The notes: generated by a model not told the origin, from the sequence alone. Positions 22,537 through 30,133 are shown, counted from the stretch's first letter. The stretch is 32,000 nucleotides of DNA from Mycolicibacterium smegmatis (GCF_001457595.1 NZ_LN831039.1:6810001-6842000), one strand, 5' to 3'. Numbers and translations are program-made.

Positions 22537-23277
22537 CTAAGTCTGTACCCGGGCGGTCCAGGCGTGCTCGGCCCTGGCCTGTTCGGACAACGCGCGCCGC
22601 TTCACGCTGCTGATGTGCCCATGCATGATGCGGTACACCTCGGGCCCGTAACCACGGCGGAACGCCTCGAGCAGTTCCCGGTGCTCGGCGATCGCGAACT
22701 CGGAGTCCTGCACCCCCACCCCGATGAACAGCCGGAACCGCTGGCCGTGCCCACCGAGTGCGTCGTACACGCGCAGAAGTGCAGCGTTGCCTGCACGTTC
22801 GGCGATCAGCCGGTGGAACTGCTCGTCAGCGCGGTGGTAGCGCCTGATCGCGGCCGCGTCCGCGGTGTGCGGTGCGCGCTCCTGCTCGTCGACCGCTTGC
22901 GCCAGCGCATCGAGCCACTCGGGATCGGCGTGGTTGCACGCGAGTTCGGCCAGTTGGGGCTCGATGAGCAACCGGGCGTCCATGATGTCGGCGATCTCCT
23001 TGGCGTCCGGCATCTCCGGCACCCGGTATCCGCGCATGGCGACACGGACAACTAGACCCGTCGACTCCAGGCGGGCCAGCGCCTCACGCACCGGGGTCTG
23101 CGAAACACCCAGGTAGCGGGAGGTTCCGTCGATGCTGACGGGGTCGCCCGCCTTGAGCGTGCCGTTGAGCAACAGCTCCATCAGTCGCTCGTAGACCTGG
23201 TCGACGAGCGTGCTGCGCACCGGCCGCGCCTCGGAGTCCCGGCCTGGTTCCACGTCGGTGTCCGAATCGGTTCTCAT
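22537..23277 (-). CDS. GntR-family transcriptional regulator, FadR/FCD subfamily
   Basis: ORF 22537..23346. wHTH LKAGDPVSIDGTSRYLGVSQTPVREALARLESTGLVV followed by an FCD-type helical domain. I place the start at ATG 23277 because third-position G+C drops upstream of it. In-frame starts up to 23346 (for example GTG 23313 after AAGAGG) remain possible. Confidence 0.85.
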   Translation of the reverse strand: MRTDSDTDVEPGRDSEARPVRSTLVDQVYERLMELLLNGTLKAGDPVSIDGTSRYLGVSQTPVREALARLESTGLVVRVAMRGYRVPEMPDAKEIADIMDARLLIEPQLAELACNHADPEWLDALAQAVDEQERAPHTADAAAIRRYHRADEQFHRLIAERAGNAALLRVYDALGGHGQRFRLFIGVGVQDSEFAIAEHRELLEAFRRGYGPEVYRIMHGHISSVKRRALSEQARAEHAWTARVQT

Positions 23278-23421
23278 GTCGGATCGCAGGCCTGCCCTCG
23301 CTTCGTTCTCCACACTCACGCCTCTTTCGCATCCGCGCGGTCCCATTGGCTGCCGAATGCGCCGGGCGCAAGTTTTGCGCCGTCAGACGTCGCTGAATCA
23401 GGAAGCGAAGTTTACCCGGCG

Positions 23422-23452
23422 TTGACATAACGGGGTCGTACCCCTATATCCT
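23422..23452 (+). promoter_or_regulatory. Sigma-A-type promoter candidate for the plus-strand operon: TTGACA (23422-23427), then TATATC (17-nt spacer) / TATCCT (19-nt spacer)
   Basis: Read directly, 50-80 nt upstream of ATG 23502. It is the only canonical TTGACA I noticed in an intergenic region of this window. Confidence 0.35.
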
Positions 23453-23483
23453 ATGTGATTTAGCGACGTATTTGTGACACAAA
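23448..23483. promoter_or_regulatory. Operator candidates: ATCCTATGTGAT (23448-23459, 10/12 match to 22517-22528) and the 13-bp palindrome TTTGTG-A-CACAAA (23471-23483)
   Basis: Read directly. The first overlaps the -10 candidates. The second contains TTGTGACACAA, which fits the TNGTNNNACNA / GT-N-AC pattern described for FadR-type GntR operators. Confidence 0.45.
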
Positions 23484-23501
23484 CCACTTGGAGGACCAGG
23501 G

Positions 23502-24422
23502 ATGTACTCTGCTCACACCTGGCCGATCGCGGCGAACATGCTGGGATTCGGCAACCGAGCGCCCGACGGCGGCCACATCAAGGACGCCCCGGCCGGCGTG
23601 TGGGCGAAGCAACTGCGCCAGGTGCGTGAACTGGGCTTCGACCACATCGATCCCACCGACGCCTGGGTTCCCCTGGCGGCGTTGTCGGACAGCCGCATCG
23701 AGGAGTTCCGCACGGTCCTCGCCGACGAGGGCCTGGCGATCTCGTCGATCTCGATGACCCGCAGCTCGATCGTCGATGTCGAGAACGGCGAGAAGAACCT
23801 CGCCGACGCCCACCGGCTCATCGACCTCGCGCCCTCGTTCGGGGCGACCATCGTGAACACCGGCTTCATGCAGGCGCTCACCCCCGAGCAGGAAAAGCAG
23901 ATCTGGTTCTGGCTGGTACAGGGCCACGTCGACGACCCCGCCCTGCGCGACCTCGCGATCGAACGCGTCCGGGAACTCGGTGATCACGCCCGCACCAACG
24001 GGATTCAGCTGAGCCTCGAGATGTACGAGGACACCTACATCGGCACCCCGGATGACGCGGTGGCGTTCATCAAGGACGTCGACCACGACGCCGTGGGCCT
24101 CAACCCCGACCTGGGCAACCTGGTCCGGCTGCACCGGCCCATGCCCCACCCGTCCGAGATGTACGCGAAAGTGCTTCCGTACTCGAACTTCTGGCACATC
24201 AAGAACTACTCGCGCGATTTCGACCCGGCCACCGGCGCCTACAGCTCCGCGCCGCTGCCGTTGAAGTACGGCTACGTCAACTACCGCCAGATCATCCGTC
24301 TGGCACTCGAACTCGGCTACACCGGCCCGTTCTGCTGTGAGCATTACGGCTCCGATTCCCTCGGCGTGTGCGCCGAGAACCGCGAGTACATCCTGCAGGT
24401 TCTCACCTCCGCACTCGCCTGA
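23502..24422 (+). CDS. Xylose-isomerase-like TIM-barrel protein (sugar-phosphate isomerase/epimerase superfamily), 306 aa
   Basis: ORF 23502..24422 with SD GGAGGA. Metal-ligand-like pattern IQLSLEMYED ... GLNPDLGNL ... FWHIKNY ... FCCEHYG is typical of the AP_endonuc_2/XI-like fold. Confidence 0.8.
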   Translation: MYSAHTWPIAANMLGFGNRAPDGGHIKDAPAGVWAKQLRQVRELGFDHIDPTDAWVPLAALSDSRIEEFRTVLADEGLAISSISMTRSSIVDVENGEKNLADAHRLIDLAPSFGATIVNTGFMQALTPEQEKQIWFWLVQGHVDDPALRDLAIERVRELGDHARTNGIQLSLEMYEDTYIGTPDDAVAFIKDVDHDAVGLNPDLGNLVRLHRPMPHPSEMYAKVLPYSNFWHIKNYSRDFDPATGAYSSAPLPLKYGYVNYRQIIRLALELGYTGPFCCEHYGSDSLGVCAENREYILQVLTSALA

Positions 24423-24447
24423 TCCCACCACCTTCGAAGGACATCTC

Positions 24448-25410
24448 ATGCGCAAGATCAACACCGTCACAGTCGTCGGCGCCGGGTACATGGGCGGCGG
24501 CATCGCCCAGGTGCTGGCCCTCAACGGATTCAAGGTCCAGATCGCCGACGTCAACGACGAGGCCACCCAGGAGGCGCTCAAGCGCCTCGACCGGGAGGCA
24601 CGGGAATTCGAGCAGCAGGGCCTGTTCGGGCCCGGCAGCGCCGACACCATCATGAGCAACCTCACGGCCAGCGACAGCCTGGACGACGCCGTCTCCGACG
24701 TCGACTACGTGATGGAGGCCGTTTTCGAAGACGTCGACGTCAAGAAGGAAGTGCTGGCGCGCGTGTGTGCGAGCGCTCGCCCCGACACGATCATCGGCAC
24801 CAACACCTCCACCATCCCGGTCAAGGTGCTGGTCGACGCGGTAACCCACCCGGAGCGGTTCCTCACCGTGCACTTCTCCAACCCGGCACCGTTCATCCCC
24901 GGTGTGGAACTCGTCGCGGGCGAGGCCACGACCCAAGAGGTGATCGACTCCGTCAAGGACCTCCTGGCACGTGCCGGACGTGAGGGCGCCCAGGTGGCCG
25001 ACACCCCGGGTATGGCGCTGAACCGCCTGCAGTACGCGCTGCTCAAGGAGGCGACGCTGATCGTCGAAGAGGGCGTGGCCACCAAGGAGGACGTCGACAC
25101 CATCGTCCGCACCACGTTCGGCTTCCGGCTCGGGTTCTTCGGCCCGTTCGCCATCGCCGATCAGGCGGGGCTCGACGTGTACGTCAAGGGTTACCACACC
25201 CTGGAGAACGCATTCGGTGAGCGCATGGCCACCCCCAAGCTGCTCACGGACAACGTCGACGCCGGCCGTTACGGCACCAAGAACGGCAAGGGCTGGACCG
25301 GCGACTTCGACGACGAAACCAAGGCTGCGGTCATCGCATACCGCAACAAGGCCTACTCGCGCATGGGCGAACTGCTGCGCGAACTCGGACCGGCCCCCAA
25401 GGGCGCCTGA
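24448..25410 (+). CDS. 3-hydroxyacyl-CoA-dehydrogenase-fold NAD-dependent dehydrogenase (family also contains L-gulonate 3-DH and L-carnitine DH), 320 aa
   Basis: Internal ATG of ORF 24337..25410 with SD GAAGGA. Rossmann motif VTVVGAGYMGGGIAQVLALNGFKVQIADV. Catalytic-His motif FLTVHFSNPAPF. C-terminal HCDH helical domain. Confidence 0.85.
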   Translation: MRKINTVTVVGAGYMGGGIAQVLALNGFKVQIADVNDEATQEALKRLDREAREFEQQGLFGPGSADTIMSNLTASDSLDDAVSDVDYVMEAVFEDVDVKKEVLARVCASARPDTIIGTNTSTIPVKVLVDAVTHPERFLTVHFSNPAPFIPGVELVAGEATTQEVIDSVKDLLARAGREGAQVADTPGMALNRLQYALLKEATLIVEEGVATKEDVDTIVRTTFGFRLGFFGPFAIADQAGLDVYVKGYHTLENAFGERMATPKLLTDNVDAGRYGTKNGKGWTGDFDDETKAAVIAYRNKAYSRMGELLRELGPAPKGA

Positions 25411-25477
25411 CACCGCTCGACCGGCCGTCGCCTCCTGTGTCGGCCGCCTTCCCGCTCACCGAAACTGAAGGGTCCCC

Positions 25478-26878
25478 ATGGACGAGATAACCCTTGCGGA
25501 GCGGCCTGCCGCCCTGCTTGTCGTCATCGCGCTTGTCGCCATTGCGGTTCTGCTCTTCCTGATCATCAAGGTCAGGCTGCACGCGTTCTTCTCGTTGATC
25601 GTCGTCAGTGTGCTGACCGGCCTTGCGGCGGGCATCAGCATGGGCGATGTCATCAATGTCGTCATCGCCGGCTTCAGCAACACCGTCGGCAGCGTGGCGC
25701 TACTTGTCGGGTTCGGCGCCGTCCTCGGGCGACTGGTCGAGATGACCGGTGGCGCACAGGTTCTCGCCGACAAGATGCTCGACCGTTTCGGTGAGAAGAG
25801 GGCGCCGCTGGCACTTGCCGTGGCGTCGCTGTTCTACGCGTTCCCGATCTTCCTCGACGCCGGCTTCATCGTCATGCTGCCGATCATCTACACGGTGGCA
25901 CGGCGTCTGGGCGGATCGTTCATGCTGTACGTGCTGCCGTCCATCGGCGCGTTTCTGATGATGCATGCGCTGACCCCGCCGCACCCCGGTCCGACGGCCG
26001 CGGCCACGGTGATGGGCGCCGACGTGGGCATGGTGGTCATCGTCGCGCTACTGGTCGGCCTGCCGACCTGGTACCTCGCGGGCTACCGGCTCAGCCTCAT
26101 CATCGCCAAGCGCTACCCGAACATGCCGGTGCCGAACCTGCTCGGTGAACCCAAGGATTATCCGGAGGACGAGCGGCCCGGATTCTGGACCGTGATCCTG
26201 GTTCTGCTGCTTCCGTTGGTGCTGATCTTCTTCAACACGGTGTTCTCGACCCTCGAGGCCGATGGCGCGGTGACGAAAGACAATATCTTCTTCCAGCTTT
26301 CACGCCTGATCGGCACCACCTCGATCGCGCTGTTGATCAGCGTGCTGCTGGCCATGGTGCTGCTGTACATCCGGCCGCGCCGGCGCCGCAACGAACGGAT
26401 CGGCGGGCTACTGGAGGACCTCGTCGACGACGCGCTGGCACCGGTCTGCTCGATCATCCTGATCACCGGTGCGGGCGGGGCGTTCGGCCGCATCCTCACC
26501 GAGACCGGGATCGGCAAGACCCTCGCCGACGGCCTGGACGCCTTCGGGCTGCCGGTCATCCTCGCGGGCTTCCTCATCGCGATCGCCTTCCGCGTCGCGC
26601 AGGGGTCGGCCACGGTCGCGGCCACCACGGCGGGTTCGATCATGGCCCCGGCGGTCGCGGAGCTGAACCTGACCGGTGTCGCGCTGGCAGCAATCGTCGT
26701 CGCCATCGCCGCAGGCTCGATCACGTTCTCGCACGTGAACGATTCGGGGTTCTGGTTGGTCGGCCGCTTCTGCGGTTTCGACACGGTCACCACGTTGAAG
26801 ACGTGGACTGTGGTCGGCACAGCCATCGGGTTCATGTCGTTCGTGCTGGCCACGGCGGTCTACCTGGTCGCAAGCTGA
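25478..26878 (+). CDS. GntP-family (gluconate:H+ symporter-type) permease, 466 aa
   Basis: ORF 25478..26878. LHAFFSLIVVSVLTGLAAG...GGAQVLADKMLDRFGEKRAPLALAVASLFYAFPIFLDAGFIVMLPI is characteristic of GntP permeases. Confidence 0.9.
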   Translation: MDEITLAERPAALLVVIALVAIAVLLFLIIKVRLHAFFSLIVVSVLTGLAAGISMGDVINVVIAGFSNTVGSVALLVGFGAVLGRLVEMTGGAQVLADKMLDRFGEKRAPLALAVASLFYAFPIFLDAGFIVMLPIIYTVARRLGGSFMLYVLPSIGAFLMMHALTPPHPGPTAAATVMGADVGMVVIVALLVGLPTWYLAGYRLSLIIAKRYPNMPVPNLLGEPKDYPEDERPGFWTVILVLLLPLVLIFFNTVFSTLEADGAVTKDNIFFQLSRLIGTTSIALLISVLLAMVLLYIRPRRRRNERIGGLLEDLVDDALAPVCSIILITGAGGAFGRILTETGIGKTLADGLDAFGLPVILAGFLIAIAFRVAQGSATVAATTAGSIMAPAVAELNLTGVALAAIVVAIAAGSITFSHVNDSGFWLVGRFCGFDTVTTLKTWTVVGTAIGFMSFVLATAVYLVAS

Positions 26879-26884
26879 TTCACC

Positions 26885-26938
26885 CCACGACCGGTCGGCT
26901 ATCCGGTGAAGCCTTCACCCGATGTCGACCGGTCGTGG
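26885..26938. terminator. Nested hairpin between convergent genes: 13-bp perfect arms CCACGACCGGTCG / CGACCGGTCGTGG enclosing GGTGAAG-C-CTTCACC
   Basis: Read directly: outer arms 26885-26897 and 26926-26938, inner arms 26905-26911 and 26913-26919. It starts 7 nt after the GntP stop. The right half lies inside the last codons of the MpaB-like gene. No U-tract. Confidence 0.4.
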
Positions 26939-28287
26939 TGGGTGTAGGTCAGCGGGATCTGGCGGCCCGCGGCGATCTTGTCGAGCATCGCGATGCGCTC
27001 GCGGGCGGCCGCTCCGGTCCGCTTGCGGTGCTCGCGAATGGGATTCGACCACGGAACGCGGTCGGCCAGCATCGCGACGCGGACGTTGAGCTTGGTCAGC
27101 CGCTCGAAGTTCTTCACCCGGCGGCGGATGTCGTAACCGAGCGGCTCGAACATCGTGTCCTTGAGCATGGCCTCGATCTGCCCGTAGCCGAACACCACGC
27201 CGGCAGGCGCGAACGCGATGGTGGCGGTGATGGTGTTGGCGTACTTGTAGATCACCTTCTTGAGCAGGCCGGGCAGTGTGTCGGTGAGGGTCTGCAGATG
27301 TTCCGGGCCCGCGACGGCGTCGACGAGTTCGGCGCGCCACGGTGACGGGTTGCCACCGCGGGCGAGAACGTAGTTGAGCGACTTGATCAGCTCGATCCCG
27401 TTCGGGGAGTAGAGACGTTCGGGCGCGCCCCACAACCGGCCGGAGAACGACGAGTACTCGGCGAGATCCTCCAACTGTTGCGGCGTGAGCTTGCGGCCGA
27501 ACGCGTGGTCCACCAGGCGGCCGAGCAACATGCCACTGCCGAATCCGAGCAGCGACGTCACCGGAATCGGTTCGCCGAATTTCAGATACAGGTCGTCACC
27601 CCATTTGCGCCGCAGACCACGGCTGGCCAGCGCGTGCATCAACCGCACCCGCACGACGTCACAGAAGGCCTCCGAGTGCCGGTCGAAGATCTCCGGCAGC
27701 GTGAATTCCGCGAACACCCGGGCCGTTTCGATGAACCGCCGCGGTCCGTCGTCGGCGAAACGTCCGGTCGCCCCGGTGGCCGCGGAGATGTCGCCGGTCA
27801 TCGCGGTCTCGTACACCGCCCACGCTCGGATGATCGTGGTCGCGGCGATCGTGCTCGACATCGCCAGCATCCGGCCGCGTTCGGCGGCAACAAGATCGAA
27901 CTGCTTGGGCAGGTTGTCGAGGTGTTCGAAGAGGTCGACGAGTTCCTGCGGCGGGTTTTCGACGGTGTCGATGCCCTGTGTCAGCGCCTGTTCGAACATC
28001 GCACGGCCCTGTTCGTGTCCGATGCGTTCGAAGGCGTCGACGACGCCGATCATGTGCTCGTCGCCCTGCCAGAAGTAGTCGTCGCGCAGGCGGGTGAGTT
28101 CGTTGGGTTCGACCTCTTTGTCGACGTCGATCCACTCCCCGAACATGATCTCGCGCATGCGGCGCCACTGGTCGGCGAAGTGGTCGCGGCCCGGCGGGAT
28201 GGGCCGCAGAGGCCGATCGGGGTGGTCGCGGCGGTTGAAGTCGACGTCGGTGAGGATGATCTCGGGACGCTCGCCGGTCACAGTCAT
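26899..28287 (-). CDS. MpaB/DUF2236-family (rubber-oxygenase/Lcp superfamily) putative oxygenase, 462 aa
   Basis: ORF 26899..28299 (TTG); I prefer ATG 28287. The assignment rests on overall pattern and the VVRVRLMHALASRGL segment (R-x-x-H-A motif recalled for DUF2236). Less certain than the other calls. Confidence 0.6.
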   Translation of the reverse strand: MTVTGERPEIILTDVDFNRRDHPDRPLRPIPPGRDHFADQWRRMREIMFGEWIDVDKEVEPNELTRLRDDYFWQGDEHMIGVVDAFERIGHEQGRAMFEQALTQGIDTVENPPQELVDLFEHLDNLPKQFDLVAAERGRMLAMSSTIAATTIIRAWAVYETAMTGDISAATGATGRFADDGPRRFIETARVFAEFTLPEIFDRHSEAFCDVVRVRLMHALASRGLRRKWGDDLYLKFGEPIPVTSLLGFGSGMLLGRLVDHAFGRKLTPQQLEDLAEYSSFSGRLWGAPERLYSPNGIELIKSLNYVLARGGNPSPWRAELVDAVAGPEHLQTLTDTLPGLLKKVIYKYANTITATIAFAPAGVVFGYGQIEAMLKDTMFEPLGYDIRRRVKNFERLTKLNVRVAMLADRVPWSNPIREHRKRTGAAARERIAMLDKIAAGRQIPLTYTHHDRSTSGEGFTG

Positions 28288-28373
28288 GCAGCCACCCAAC
28301 CTGGATAGAGGACAGTGATCGAGACGTTAGCTCAGCTGACCGCAGATGTGAACCGTCATTCTCGAATGGTCGA

Positions 28374-29255
28374 TCACCTTCCGGTGCCGTTGTCGGCGGC
28401 CCACGACGCCAGGATCCGCAGCGACTCCTCCGCGGGTGAACCCGGTTGCGACTGGTAGACGACCAATTGTTGCCCGGGACTGCCCGAAACCGGGAACACC
28501 TCGAAGTGCAGATCGATATCGCCGATCACCGGGTGATGTAGCCGCTTGATCCCGTGCGACAGCTCGAACACGCGATGGTCGGCCCACCCGCGCCGGAACT
28601 CCGGGCTCTTGGCGGTCAGCTCACCGATCAGTGTCTGCAACCGCGCGTCTTCAGGGTGGTCCAGAAAGTGCCGCCGCAAGGTGGAAGCAACGTTCGCGGC
28701 CACGGTGTCCCAGTCGACGTAATGAGTGCGCGCCGCCGGATCGAGCAGCGCCCAGTGTGCGAGGCTGCGCGCGTTGCCGGTCTTGCGGGTGAAGTCGGCC
28801 AGCAGCGCCCGCGCGAGATCGTTCATGTCGAGGACCTCCATGCCGACCCCGAGGACGTAGACGGCCCGGTCGGGTACGGCCCGTACGAGATCCCGGATGG
28901 TCGCCCGGACTTTCGCCCGAGAAGCCTTGGGTGCGCGATGAATTCGGGCGTCTCGTCGCGACAACAGGTCGAACAGGTACGTCCGCTCTGTCTCGTCGAG
29001 CTGCAACGCGTCGGCCAGTCCCGCGATCACGGCGTCCGACGCCGACCGCACCTTGCCCTGTTCCATCCGCGTGTAGTAGTCCACGCTCACGCCGGCCAGC
29101 GCCGCGACCTCGCTGCGCCGCAAACCAGGTACCCGCCGCTCGGCGACCCTCGCCGCGGCGGGCAGCCCGACGCTGTCGGGCCGCAGCCGTGCCCGCGCAG
29201 CACGCAAGAAACCCGCGAGCGCCTGCGGCAGCGCCTCCACCGGCCGTTGCTCCAT
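28374..29255 (-). CDS. XRE-type HTH regulator with MmyB-like C-terminal ligand-binding domain, 293 aa
   Basis: Internal ATG (29255) of ORF 28374..29402. FLRAARARLRPDSVGLP...RRVPGLRRSEVAALAGVSVDYYTRMEQGKVRSASDAVIAGLADALQLDETERTYLFDL is the typical MmyB-family N-terminus. Confidence 0.8.
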   Translation of the reverse strand: MEQRPVEALPQALAGFLRAARARLRPDSVGLPAAARVAERRVPGLRRSEVAALAGVSVDYYTRMEQGKVRSASDAVIAGLADALQLDETERTYLFDLLSRRDARIHRAPKASRAKVRATIRDLVRAVPDRAVYVLGVGMEVLDMNDLARALLADFTRKTGNARSLAHWALLDPAARTHYVDWDTVAANVASTLRRHFLDHPEDARLQTLIGELTAKSPEFRRGWADHRVFELSHGIKRLHHPVIGDIDLHFEVFPVSGSPGQQLVVYQSQPGSPAEESLRILASWAADNGTGR

Positions 29256-29382
29256 GAACCCAGGGTCGCACGCGGATCGTCGCAGGTCCTGCCCGTGGGT
29301 AGCCCAATTCGACCTAGGCAGCACACGGCACCTTCGCCCGTTTCCACCCGGTGGCAATCGACGTTGACTGGAAACGCAGGCA

Positions 29383-29408
29383 AGCCCAACCAGCCAGCCC
29401 AACCAGCG
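29383..29408. repeat. Tandem 13-bp duplication AGCCCAACCAGCC AGCCCAACCAGCG
   Basis: Read directly (12/13 identical). It abuts the SD GAAGGAG (29408-29414) of the crotonase pseudogene. Confidence 0.6.
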
Positions 29409-29419
29409 AAGGAGCCAAT

Positions 29420-30122
29420 GTGCCGGACCGGCAGTACACGCGGTTCCGCCTCGTGCGGAACCGCGCGGTTCTCCGGGTGGTGTTCGACCACCCGCCGATG
29501 AACCTGTTCGACCAGACCATGATCAGCGAGTGCAGCGCGTTGTTGGATGATCTGCGCGCCGACCGCAGCGTGCGGGTGGTCCTGTTCAGCAGCGCCGGTC
29601 CCGACTTCTTTCTCGGCCATGCCGATCTGTCGCTGTTCTTGGCGCCGCGCGAGGGCGTACCGCCGAAACCGGTCCGACTTACTTTGCTGCAGGATCTCTT
29701 CGAGCGTCTGCGCACGGTGCCGCAGGCGACGATCGCGGTCGTCGAGGGCAGGGCGACCGGCGCCGGGGTGGAACTCGTGACGTCGTGCGACATGGCGTTC
29801 GCCGCGCGCGGGAGGGCCGTGCTCACATTGTTCGAAACCGCCGTCGGTGTGCTTCCCGGCGCGACCGGCACCCAGCGGCTCCCCCGGCTGATGGGTCGGC
29901 AACGGTCCCCCGAGATCGTGCGGATCCCCCGTCATCGTGCCCATCCCGGGCACCACCTCGACCGGTCATCTACGCGACAACATCTCGGCGGCCTAAGTAT
30001 CCGACCGCCTCACCGATGCCGAGGTCGCCGCACTCACCGCGGTCGAGGACGAACAGGGCGCAACCCTGGGCACCATGCCCGGCCGGATGCTCGACGCGTT
30101 CACCCGCGCGATCGGTGCGTGA
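29420..30122 (+). pseudogene. Enoyl-CoA hydratase/isomerase-family gene, apparently decayed in its 3' third
   Basis: GTG 29420 follows SD GAAGGAG. Good crotonase sequence runs to about 29918 (RFRLVRNRAVLRVVFDHPPMNLF...VVEGRATGAGVELVTSCD...LFETAVGVLPGATGTQRLPRLMGRQRSPEIV). After that, the same frame gives an Arg/His/Pro-rich nonsense tail to 30130. Protein-like C-terminal pieces appear in the other two frames: PVIYATTSRRPKYPTAS, then after an in-frame TAA (29994-29996) VSDRLTDAEVAALTAVEDEQGATLGTMPGRMLDAFTRAIGA, ending at 30122. Confidence 0.5.
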
Positions 30123-30133
30123 GTGGATGAGTG

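Noticed and set aside
23460-25413. Minus-strand ORFs 23460..24665 (401 aa) and 24403..25413 (336 aa).
   Set aside because: They are antisense to the XI-fold and HCDH-fold genes, which have clear Rossmann, His and metal-ligand motifs and SD sequences on the plus strand.
28315-28377. tRNA-like strings (TAGCTCAGCTGA resembling a D-loop, TCGAATGG resembling a T-loop) bracketed by an 8-bp inverted repeat GTGATCGA / TCGATCAC.
   Set aside because: The element is about 63 nt, and the D-stem partner (GAGC) and anticodon arm are missing. The spacing between the D-like and T-like strings is about 10 nt too short, and I could draw no cloverleaf on either strand. It is probably coincidental; tRNAscan-SE would settle it.
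28288-29402. TTG-extended N-termini given in the track for the MpaB-like ORF (to 28299) and the MmyB-like ORF (to 29402).
   Set aside because: The extensions have poor coding character (MGWLVGLACVSSQRRLPPGGNGRRC...). For the regulator, the extension runs through the tandem repeat and SD of the divergent gene. Family-typical sequence begins at the internal ATGs.
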